DNA of 42,757 bases from Parafilimonas sp. Lineage in GTDB: Bacteria; Bacteroidota; Bacteroidia; Chitinophagales; Chitinophagaceae. The notes beneath the pieces are model-generated. The model did no database searches. It saw only the letters and a program-made list of their open reading frames with translations, and had not been told where the DNA came from. The stretch lies in contig JBDUEO010000001.1 of assembly GCA_040002335.1 (NCBI GenBank), forward strand, positions 1 through 42,757, given 5' to 3'. How positions within the stretch are numbered: the first letter of the stretch is position 1; each line of letters starts with the position of its first letter. The position numbers and the translations under genes are program-made. Positions 1-7,278 of this stretch are shown here, one piece after another.

Positions 1-1
1 G

Positions 2-673
2 AAAAGCACAACACCGCTTACATATTGGTTTTATGCGATATTCTTACAAACAACAACGCGCAACGGTGTTGCTGCAAAAGAACTTGAAAGACAATTATCA
101 ATATGCTACAAGACAGCATTAAGAATGTCACATCAAATTAAAATATTAATGGCTGATAAGAAGATTGATAAATTAACTGGTGTTGTGCAAATAGATGAAA
201 CATACATAGGAATGAAAATGATTAATAAGCATAGAAAAGAACGTGCAGAAATGAGAGAGAGCGGCGAAACACCAAAAGAAAATAAGACTGCTGTAATGGG
301 ATTTATTACAGACGATAAAAAGATAAAGTTTGAAGTAATGAACGATACCAAAACGTTTAAGGAAAGAGTAATAGCGAATGTTTCAAAAGATGCAATTATT
401 GTTACTGATAGTCACGCCGGTTATTCAGGCTTGAATTTACACCATGTTAAACATGAAGTAGTAAATCATATTGAAAATGAATTTGTGCGTAATGGTTACC
501 ATACAAACAGCATTGAGAACGCATGGTCTAATTTAAAGAGAACAATAAAAGGCACACATATACATGTTTCACCTAAGCATTTAAATAAGTATTGTGATGA
601 AGTAGCTTTTAGATTAATGAATAGAGATAAACAAGATGTAATGTTTGAAACTATTTTGAGCCACCTTGTTTAA
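2..673 (+). CDS. IS1595-family (ISXO2-like) DDE transposase, 5'-truncated by window edge
   Basis: Frame is open from base 2 (KSTTPLTYWFYAIF...GVAAKELERQLSICYKTALRM, HTH-like), then VQIDETYIG, TDSHAGY, VNH, HTNSIENAWSNLKR, HVSPKHLNKYCDEVAFR: the IS1595 catalytic motif series. Confidence 0.93.
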   Translation, partial: KSTTPLTYWFYAIFLQTTTRNGVAAKELERQLSICYKTALRMSHQIKILMADKKIDKLTGVVQIDETYIGMKMINKHRKERAEMRESGETPKENKTAVMGFITDDKKIKFEVMNDTKTFKERVIANVSKDAIIVTDSHAGYSGLNLHHVKHEVVNHIENEFVRNGYHTNSIENAWSNLKRTIKGTHIHVSPKHLNKYCDEVAFRLMNRDKQDVMFETILSHLV

Positions 674-809
674 CTGATACTGCTTTTGCCAAGGTATTAT
701 TAAATAATACCTTATTGCCTTCTTTATTTTCTTTATTTGCAATAAATTTCGCATACCCTGAACTAACTTCAAGCATCGTGAGGTTCTTCTTGCTCTTTGT
801 CTTCTTCAT
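651..809 (-). CDS. Small basic protein (52 aa) convergent on and overlapping the transposase 3' end; not in ORF track
   Basis: ATG at 809, TAG at 653-651: MKKTKSKKNLTMLEVSSGYAKFIANKENKEGNKVLFNNTLAKAVSVKQGGSK. Overlaps the upstream gene by 41 nt and the transposase by 23 nt. Confidence 0.6.
   Translation of the reverse strand: MKKTKSKKNLTMLEVSSGYAKFIANKENKEGNKVLFNNTLAKAVSVKQGGSK
691..713. repeat. 23-bp palindrome AAGGTATTATT-A-AATAATACCTT
   Basis: Perfect 11-bp arms with 1-nt spacer, 17 nt after the transposase stop. Confidence 0.7.
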
Positions 810-1281
810 GAGTTACATTTTCAGTTATTAAATTAGGTTGTGGCGCAAGCTCTTTGAATGCTTCATCCACATCCATACCCCCAAAAATTACTTTTAATAT
901 ATAGGGCATTGAAAAATCTATAATACCTGTATTGATATCAATTACTTTATCAATAATGCTATCATCAAGTTCTGTATTGGTAAAAAAGTTGCTTGTTCTA
1001 AATTTTATCAACCCCTGTCCTTCTTCTGTAGCTAATTCAAAATTACCATACCCTAAAGAAGTATTCATTCGGTTAAATAAATTTATAACCGCCTGTTGTT
1101 TTTCAGGTGGACAAAATGTGCCGCCAAAACTTAGAAAAATCATTAATAGACGCTCCTCCCTTATATCAATTACGCAATTATAAGTTGCATTAAAATGACT
1201 AACAGGAAATCTAATTATATTGCTATCTTGAGTAAACTTCCACTCTCTCTTCTGAAGGAACTCTATTATTTTGGAAATCAT
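769..1281 (-). CDS. YbjN-domain protein (CesT/type III chaperone-like fold)
   Basis: IIEFLQKREWKF...CPPEKQQAVINLFNRMNTSLGYGNFEL...IKFRTS matches the YbjN pattern; acidic tail. ATG 1281 (MISKIIEF) preferred over the track start at 1350. Confidence 0.75.
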   Translation of the reverse strand: MISKIIEFLQKREWKFTQDSNIIRFPVSHFNATYNCVIDIREERLLMIFLSFGGTFCPPEKQQAVINLFNRMNTSLGYGNFELATEEGQGLIKFRTSNFFTNTELDDSIIDKVIDINTGIIDFSMPYILKVIFGGMDVDEAFKELAPQPNLITENVTHEEDKEQEEPHDA

Positions 1282-1945
1282 TATAATTACCTTTACTAAA
1301 AACTTGTAAATAATTACACCCCTCCTTAACACTAACTGTTCCCGCCACATTTAAGGCAGTAAGTAGCGGTGAACCACGATGACCGGTTTGAAATCTAATT
1401 ATCTCACCATCGTTAACATATAAGCCTTCCTGCCAAATTACAGGCATGTGCCCAGTTTCATGCAAGTGAATAAATCTATTTTCATCCTTCATCACCACTT
1501 CCAAGTATGGACTAAGCGGAGTTTTTGATAAGGATAAAGTTTCATAAATTTTATTAAGATTTTTTGCATCTTCTTCTTCAAAAAAAGCATTATTACCTTT
1601 TAAATAATGTGCAGGATAGTTTTCAGATTTTTGAATTATATATTCGATAGTATCTAAAGAACTGTCTATATCAGTATAGAAAATATTTTCAGATGGGATT
1701 TTGTGTAGTAGTTCTCTATGGGATATTTTACCAAATATGAATTTGGATAATTCTTTTGTAGGAACATAATAAACAAGCCATCTATTTTCAGTTCCACCAA
1801 AATCAACAAAATCAAATAAATAAAAGCTATTTGTATTCACATTCTGGAATAATGACAACAAAGGAGCACCATCATTGATTAAATCACCAATGCGCTTTAA
1901 TTCAGCATTCAATTTGCTATTCTCTTTATTTATCAGCTTCTCCAT
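1223..1945 (-). CDS. DUF6575-like protein with ~100-aa C-terminal extension
   Basis: IGDLINDGAPLLSLF...FYLFDFVD...NRWLVYYV...LSKFIFGKISHRELL recalls DUF6575; overlaps both neighbours. Confidence 0.6.
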   Translation of the reverse strand: MEKLINKENSKLNAELKRIGDLINDGAPLLSLFQNVNTNSFYLFDFVDFGGTENRWLVYYVPTKELSKFIFGKISHRELLHKIPSENIFYTDIDSSLDTIEYIIQKSENYPAHYLKGNNAFFEEEDAKNLNKIYETLSLSKTPLSPYLEVVMKDENRFIHLHETGHMPVIWQEGLYVNDGEIIRFQTGHRGSPLLTALNVAGTVSVKEGCNYLQVFSKGNYNDFQNNRVPSEERVEVYSR

Positions 1946-2393
1946 TTACGCCTAATTCTTCGATAATTACATTAACTAAGTTACTTATTTTATCAACAAA
2001 AGTAATATTAATAAAATCGTAAAATGTAAAATGCCCGTATTTATCGGTTTCAGAACAAAGTCCATCTTCTTCCGTAATATTCACACATGCAATTTTATTT
2101 CCTTTTTCAATTAAATAAAGCTGCTGCAATTCTTCATTCTTTTTATTATAATAATGAAGAAATTTTTCTCTCGCTTGTATCGCACTTTCAAAAAAAGAAA
2201 TGCCGTAACTCATGCAATGTTTATCATTATTATCCAAAATTCTTGCAGGTGGGGAGTTTTGTAAACTCATTGGTAAAAAATCTTCTTCATTCCCTAAATC
2301 ATGAATATATCTATAGGCTGGCTTAGATTTAGGAACACAATTTTTAGGACAATTTTTAATACCAGTTATAAACTTAGAATATTTAAGTTCCAT
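1926..2393 (-). CDS. Hypothetical protein, putative ADP-ribosyltransferase-like fold toxin
   Basis: 155 aa with AYRYI (R), DFLP, GISFF (S-x-F) and GHFTFY (H), the strand-motif order seen in ART/Tse2-like folds; fold call is inference. Confidence 0.5.
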   Translation of the reverse strand: MELKYSKFITGIKNCPKNCVPKSKPAYRYIHDLGNEEDFLPMSLQNSPPARILDNNDKHCMSYGISFFESAIQAREKFLHYYNKKNEELQQLYLIEKGNKIACVNITEEDGLCSETDKYGHFTFYDFINITFVDKISNLVNVIIEELGVNGEADK

Positions 2394-2444
2394 TTTTTTT
2401 AATCAACCTTTATGATGCTAAAAATATTTAAAACTAAAATAAAA

Positions 2445-2837
2445 TTAATGTGCATTAATTAAGGAATCTATACGAGTATTCAAGTTTTGAATTTCTACAT
2501 CTTTAGACGTCTTATCAATTTTCCATAATAAAAAGCCTACAATTAAAGAAAATGCAGCGGCAATTATTGCAACTAATAAATCATGTAGTATAACATTTCT
2601 TTCATGCCACTTTGGTTCTGAATAATGGGGATTAAAAACAATTCTTTTTAAACCATTGGCTTTACCTATGTCGTCATGCTCAATGAATTTAGGAGACATC
2701 AAAAATCTAATCTGTATTCTTCTTTCTAAATCTCCATTTAATAGTTTAAGCTTGTTTTGTAGAAACCATTCAACCTTAATTGAATTATTAGAATGAATGT
2801 ATTCTAAACATTTTTCAAAAATTTCATCTTCATTCAT
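2445..2837 (-). CDS. Hypothetical protein with C-terminal TM helix and short coiled coil
   Basis: ATG 2837 (MNEDEIFEK); hydrophobic LLVAIIAAAFSLIVGFLLW followed by DVEIQNLNTRIDSL. Confidence 0.6.
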   Translation of the reverse strand: MNEDEIFEKCLEYIHSNNSIKVEWFLQNKLKLLNGDLERRIQIRFLMSPKFIEHDDIGKANGLKRIVFNPHYSEPKWHERNVILHDLLVAIIAAAFSLIVGFLLWKIDKTSKDVEIQNLNTRIDSLINAH

Positions 2838-2915
2838 CTTAACTTGAATATTACACGAATATAAAAAATTATATCCCCGAAACTCTCCCTCAAATACTTT
2901 TACAATTGACAATTA

Positions 2916-3068
2916 ATGAAGTGTGCAGAACATTATAAGAAGTTATATGACCAGTCAAGCAAATCACGAACGTTTGCAATAGTTGTTTTTTCTATCTTAT
3001 GTTTTGTGTTAGGCTATTTAGTTGCTAAATTGATTTATACACATCATCATTTAGACAATCTATTTTAA
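2916..3068 (+). CDS. Possible 50-aa single-TM protein (not in ORF track)
   Basis: MKCAEHYKKLYDQSSKSRTFAIVVFSILCFVLGYLVAKLIYTHHHLDNLF fills the intergenic gap and ends just before a hairpin. Confidence 0.4.
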   Translation: MKCAEHYKKLYDQSSKSRTFAIVVFSILCFVLGYLVAKLIYTHHHLDNLF

Positions 3069-3071
3069 AAT

Positions 3072-3098
3072 AAAAAAAGCCAGCTTGCGGTGCTGGCT
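3072..3098 (-). terminator. Intrinsic terminator of the KilA-N gene
   Basis: AGCCAGC-N7-GCTGGCT preceded by an A run on + (U tract on -), ~20 nt after the stop at 3120. Confidence 0.7.
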
Positions 3099-3119
3099 AA
3101 TCAAATTTTTATTATTGTA

Positions 3120-4025
3120 TCAAGCGTTAAGTTGCCTTGAGGGAAACATTGTGCCATCCGTTCTTAAATACCCAACAAATTCTCCTGAAACATTTTTGCG
3201 CATTGAATTCGATGGATATACCCTTTCAAATGTTATTAATTGTGATTTCCGAACTTCCACAAGTTTCTTTAACCGAACATCAAAAGCAATATTTTCCTTA
3301 AGCATTTCAGCATTTATGCCTTCTAAACTTGACAATACCATCAGTTCGTTAATACTGGCATATTCACGTACATTTCTGCCTTGTGCGGCAAGTTGCACAT
3401 TTGCTTCTCGCCATTGCTTTGCCGTAAACCCCCACATGGCTAAATTTAAAATATCTCCTTCCTCAGCATAGGCAATAAAATGCTTAGATACATGTAAATT
3501 AGAAATTGGTATTTTAAAATTTTTCACTGCATCTGTTTGAACATGATACTGCGCTTTACATAACAGCCGATGAACATTCCAGCCAACATTATTAGAATTG
3601 TTTTCAATTTCTTTCAACCGTTGGAATTCCTTTATTAAATATAACTTGAACGTTGGACTAATTGCTGCACCAAATTCAAAAGCAATATCCTTGTGAGCAA
3701 ATGTGCCACCTTGTTTACCAGCTTTAGAATAAATTCCTACCGCTTCCGTTTTATTTACCCATTCAGTTACACTTAAACTAAAAGTTTTCAACCCTGCCGA
3801 ATTTTTAATACCCTCGAATTCGAGTACTTTAAATAATTGCGGGTTGTTTAGCATTTCCCATACGCCTAAAAATTCAATAGTACTTCTGTTGCGAAGCCAA
3901 TTACTTATTGTCTTTGCAGACTTTGATTCATCACTATTTACTTTCACCATATCTGTTAGACAGATATAATCATCTTCAACAGCGATTGAAACTCCCTGAA
4001 CTTTAATTACATCATGATTTCTCAT
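3120..4025 (-). CDS. KilA-N domain DNA-binding protein
   Basis: DYICLTDM, ISNWLRNRSTIEFLGVWE, SKAGKQGGTFAHKDIAFEFG, ISPTFKLYLIKEFQRLK. Confidence 0.9.
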   Translation of the reverse strand: MRNHDVIKVQGVSIAVEDDYICLTDMVKVNSDESKSAKTISNWLRNRSTIEFLGVWEMLNNPQLFKVLEFEGIKNSAGLKTFSLSVTEWVNKTEAVGIYSKAGKQGGTFAHKDIAFEFGAAISPTFKLYLIKEFQRLKEIENNSNNVGWNVHRLLCKAQYHVQTDAVKNFKIPISNLHVSKHFIAYAEEGDILNLAMWGFTAKQWREANVQLAAQGRNVREYASINELMVLSSLEGINAEMLKENIAFDVRLKKLVEVRKSQLITFERVYPSNSMRKNVSGEFVGYLRTDGTMFPSRQLNA

Positions 4026-4108
4026 CCTATTTGTTTTAAATATTAATGCGTGCTTCTACGCCTTATTTATTTAAACAACCATTTCAAAAGAAGCTTGAAA
4101 AGAAAAAA

Positions 4109-4140
4109 TTTGGTGAGAATAGTTAGTGGTGTTACTTTTG
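4109..4140 (+). promoter_or_regulatory. Bacteroidota sigma70-type promoter firing antisense to the KilA-N leader
   Basis: TTTG (4109-4112)-N20-TACTTTTG (4133-4140) fits the -33/-7 consensus TTTG-N19-21-TAnnTTTG. Confidence 0.6.
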
Positions 4141-4144
4141 TGCT

Positions 4145-4223
4145 ATAATATCGAGTAACACATTCCTATTTAACAGACAAATTTTTTAAACCTCATCACC
4201 GCAAATGATGGGGTTTATTGTTT
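4145..4223 (+). ncRNA. Putative ~75-80-nt cis-antisense sRNA
   Basis: Lies between the + strand promoter and a 12-bp hairpin (4187-4217) whose single imperfection is a G-U pair only on the + strand; no ORF. Confidence 0.4.
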
Positions 4224-4234
4224 AACACATCTTA

Positions 4235-4265
4235 CAAAGATATTCATTATATAGCATTTTTCAAA
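4235..4265 (-). promoter_or_regulatory. Promoter of the KilA-N gene
   Basis: Minus strand TTTG (4265-4262)-N19-TATCTTTG (4242-4235), giving a ~200-nt leader. Confidence 0.65.
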
Positions 4266-4280
4266 ATGCATAACTGAATC

Positions 4281-4437
4281 TGATTATTTGGTAGATATAT
4301 CCCCAAAACACAAACTATTTTAATGCGAAAAATAAATTGTTAAAATAATTAGTTTGCCTTCTTGTGTCTTGGGTACATATATGCCTAAAAAGGTATATCT
4401 GTAGCCGACATAACTGTGTATTGAGTTTATATATCCC
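4281..4437. repeat. Three degenerate direct 23-mers, candidate IS1595 terminal repeats
   Basis: TGATTATTTGGTAGATATATCCC (4281), TGTGTCTTGGGTACATATATGCC (4363), TGTGTATTGAGTTTATATATCCC (4415); pairwise 17-18/23 identical. Confidence 0.6.
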
Positions 4438-4573
4438 GTAGAAAAGTATTAATTAAACCTAACACCTTCTAAAAATATTAACTGATAAAAATTTCGTTTT
4501 ATTGGCAATGCATTGAACTGCCAAATATTATTAATCATCCTTTATTACATACATTTGTGCTAATTTTTTACTA

Positions 4574-5323
4574 ATGGAAAACATGGAATATAATACCGGA
4601 CGCAGTGATATGAGCATGCGTGAATACGGTCGCCACATTCAGAAAATGGTAGAGTATCTTCTTACACTTGAAGACAAAGAAGAAAGACAACAACAAGCCC
4701 AGGTTGTAATTGAACTGATGGGTTTTTTAAATCCGCATTTAAAAAATGTAGAAGATTTCAGGCATAAGTTATGGGATCATCTTTTTTTTATAAGTGGCTT
4801 TAAATTGCAGGTTGATAGCCCCTATCCAATTCCTACTAAAGAAACGTATAAGCAAAAACCAGATCCGCTGCCTTATCCAAAACGTTATCCAAAATATTCT
4901 CATCTTGGTAAAAATCTTGAACTGATTGTTGATAAAGCACTGAAAGAACAAGACGCTGAAAAAAAACAAGGTTTTGCAAATTCTATTGCTTATTATATGA
5001 AGCTGGCTTACAGCAACTGGCATAAAGAACTTGTGCATGATGATGCTATACGCAGCGAACTAAAAAGCATTACAGGCGGCGAACTTGAATTTAGCAATAC
5101 ACCGTTTATTAAACATCGCACCCAGAATTTTGAACGCGATGATTATCGCAGTAATAACACCGGAAGAAGGCAAAATTTTGGCGGCAGAGACAGCCGTAGT
5201 AGTAATAATAACCGCGATAACCGTAACCAGAATGGTAACGGCGGCAGAGATAGCCGCAATGGTAATGTCGGCAGAGATAATCGCGATAACCGTAACCAAA
5301 ACTTCAAGAAGAGGTTTAAATAA
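4574..5323 (+). CDS. DUF4290 domain protein with R/N/G/D low-complexity tail
   Basis: MEYNTGR...EYGRHIQKMVEY...NPHLKNVEDFRHKLWDHLFFIS is the conserved Bacteroidota DUF4290 signature. Confidence 0.9.
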   Translation: MENMEYNTGRSDMSMREYGRHIQKMVEYLLTLEDKEERQQQAQVVIELMGFLNPHLKNVEDFRHKLWDHLFFISGFKLQVDSPYPIPTKETYKQKPDPLPYPKRYPKYSHLGKNLELIVDKALKEQDAEKKQGFANSIAYYMKLAYSNWHKELVHDDAIRSELKSITGGELEFSNTPFIKHRTQNFERDDYRSNNTGRRQNFGGRDSRSSNNNRDNRNQNGNGGRDSRNGNVGRDNRDNRNQNFKKRFK

Positions 5324-5407
5324 TCACAATCATAATACAAAAAAATATTGCATTTGCTTTACCAAAGCAGGTGTAATATTTGTATACTTTAATATAAAAG
5401 ATACTGT

Positions 5408-5602
5408 ATGAAAAAAGAAATAAAGCAAACCGAAAAAACAACCGCATCATCATCAGCTAATAAAAAAAATACCCGCCCTTTTACCGCCAAAAAAAATGGA
5501 TATAAAGAAGATGTGTATAATAGTGAGCAACAAGCTTCTTACAATAAAAGTGATGCAGCAAAAAAAGATAACAAGAGGAATACATCTGGCCCGAAATCAT
5601 AA
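5408..5602 (+). CDS. Small hydrophilic basic hypothetical protein
   Basis: 64-aa ATG-initiated ORF, K/N/S/T rich; no family recognised. Confidence 0.45.
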   Translation: MKKEIKQTEKTTASSSANKKNTRPFTAKKNGYKEDVYNSEQQASYNKSDAAKKDNKRNTSGPKS

Positions 5603-5865
5603 TTTTTGTTTGTAGTTTTTACTGTAATTATTTACAATGTTGAATTCATTATAGCTCATGATATTGCAAGCATGAATGCTTTTTTATCAATAATCTTTTT
5701 TAATAAAATTTTTATTTTTAATAACTACTTCGGCAATTACCTTTTGTATTACGATGAAGAAGCATATAATAATGCAGGATTTATTATCTTCAGTAACCAA
5801 TAACAGAAATGTTTTTAAACATCAACAATCTAAAACATTGAAATCTTATTTTCAAATATTAAATA

Positions 5866-6327
5866 ATGGCTATTTTGACAAAAATAACTGAGCTGCTTTA
5901 CCGAAGACAAAAGGCTATTGAAATTATTGCAATCTTTCTTTTTTTTTCTTTGGTTGCATTTAGGTTTGATAATAAAAAAGTAAAATTATTTTGGAGTGAT
6001 TACCCTTCTGTTGCAATTTTATTGGCACTAACGATTGCTTCAATTGCAGTTATCTGGCTTAGAATTGAAAGGCAAAAAACGCAATTACTTATCAATAGCC
6101 TTCAAAAAAATAATGCGGAAAAATCTACCAAAATAGAAAGCAAATTGTTTGAATTAAGTTTGCGACAGAAAGAAGTTTTTGATTTAATATTAAAAGGGAA
6201 ATCCAATAAAGAAATAATGGCAGAGCTTAATATTGAATTAAGCACACTTAAAACGCACATCAACCAAATTTATAAAACACTTGAAATTAAAAGTCGCAAA
6301 GAAACAAAAGGCTTTGAACTGAAATAA
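5866..6327 (+). CDS. Membrane-anchored LuxR-type HTH regulator
   Basis: Two N-terminal hydrophobic segments; C-terminal LSLRQKEVFDLILKGKSNKEIMAELNIELSTLKTHINQIYKTL. Confidence 0.88.
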   Translation: MAILTKITELLYRRQKAIEIIAIFLFFSLVAFRFDNKKVKLFWSDYPSVAILLALTIASIAVIWLRIERQKTQLLINSLQKNNAEKSTKIESKLFELSLRQKEVFDLILKGKSNKEIMAELNIELSTLKTHINQIYKTLEIKSRKETKGFELK

Positions 6328-6338
6328 ATACTGTTGAA

Positions 6339-6418
6339 TAAACCCATTTTCAACCCCGCATTCAACCTTTTTTCAACCCTCATTATTTTCATTTAATATA
6401 TAGTGCAACATAATTTTG
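6339..6418 (+). promoter_or_regulatory. Phased TTCAACC direct repeats upstream of a -7 promoter element
   Basis: TTCAACC at 6349, 6361, 6372 (plus TAAACC at 6339), 11-12-bp period; TAATTTTG at 6411-6418. Confidence 0.6.
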
Positions 6419-6455
6419 CAATGACAAATAATTGGTCAAACTAAAAAATAATAAA

Positions 6456-6656
6456 ATGAAAAAGAGAAATTTGTTTATGAGCTTTACACTAATGTGTGGA
6501 TTTTTTTGTATCGCATTTACCTTTAATAATAACGAAATACATTGGCTTTGGGCAGACCTTAAACCAGTTGCAATTATTTTAGCAATAGCAACAATTATAT
6601 TTGGAATATTTTGGTATAAATCATCCAGGAAATTAAAACCTGAATGTAAAAACTAA
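6456..6656 (+). CDS. Small 2-TM protein homologous to the membrane domain of the upstream LuxR
   Basis: 66 aa from ATG 6456; ungapped motif AFxFxNx6WxDx3VAIxLAx9W shared with 5866-6327. Confidence 0.75.
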   Translation: MKKRNLFMSFTLMCGFFCIAFTFNNNEIHWLWADLKPVAIILAIATIIFGIFWYKSSRKLKPECKN

Positions 6657-6694
6657 GGCAACAGGCACAAGCACTTTTGCGTAAGTGGAGTTGA

Positions 6695-6844
6695 CCTGCT
6701 AAAATAAAAAAAGACAATCCCATTATCATTTGTTGTGCCTCAGGTATGCGAAGCGTTTCTGCAAAAAACGTTTTAAAATCAAAAGGTTTTAATGAAGTGT
6801 ATAAAGGAGGCGGATGGATAAGTTTACAAAATAAAATCAATTGA
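6695..6844 (+). pseudogene. Rhodanese-domain gene, C-terminal fragment
   Basis: KDNPIIICCASGMRSVSAKNVLKSKGFNEVYKGGGW (active-site loop CASGMRS); in-frame TGA at 6692 and no start codon for the full domain. Confidence 0.75.
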
Positions 6845-7089
6845 ATGAAGTACGAATTTTAAGCGGCGGGACATTTAGAAGGATATTGTATACTGTAATC
6901 GGAACATTGGTAATCATTCAATCCATTATGCAACACCAATGGTTTGGAATTTTATTTGGGGCATACTTTGCATCAATGGGAATATTTGCTTTTGGTTGTG
7001 CTGCTGGAAATTGTTTTGAAGGAAAATGCAATGTTCAACCAAGGCAAAGCAACAAAGTAGAAATTTAGGGTGTATCGTTTGAAGAATAA
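6841..7089 (+). pseudogene. Small Cys-tailed membrane protein (GCAAGNC), probably damaged
   Basis: Nearest ATG (6845) is out of frame with RILSGGTFRRILY...; TAG at 7066 is followed by GVSFEE, resembling the usual C-terminus of this family as I recall it. Confidence 0.5.
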
Positions 7090-7278
7090 ACAAAAATAAC
7101 ATGAAAGCATTTCAGCTCTTACCGGTCAACCCGAAATCTATTTAGATAGAGTTATTAACTTCATCCAAGATATACAAATATAGACTTGCATACAATTAAA
7201 AAAATCCGTACTGAAGTAGTACACGAGAACTAAAGGCTATATTGCTGTAAAGTCATAATATTAAAATATTCTTTGGGA

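Larger units (their letters stand above)
1..4437. mobile_element. IS1595-family element with passenger genes; left end outside window
   Basis: Transposase, then AT-rich passenger ORFs mostly on the opposite strand, ending at TIR-like 23-mers (4281-4303, 4363-4385, 4415-4437) just before the DUF4290 host gene. Left end and target duplication are not visible. Confidence 0.6.

Noticed and set aside
3085-3471. 128-aa ORF antisense to KilA-N, and similar short ORFs inside the ATPase, SusC/D, GH2 and TolB genes
   Set aside because: Overlap well-supported genes and show no recognisable motifs.
4281-4437. Three 23-mers as a mini CRISPR array
   Set aside because: Repeats only ~75% identical, spacers unequal (59 and 29 nt), no cas genes.
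5085-5411. Alternate-frame and antisense ORFs over the DUF4290 tail (5060-5299, 5085-5411, 5143-5340)
   Set aside because: Shadows of a repetitive, stop-poor coding tail.
5606-5803. 65-aa TTG-start ORF
   Set aside because: Low-complexity AT-rich sequence with a weak start and no motif.
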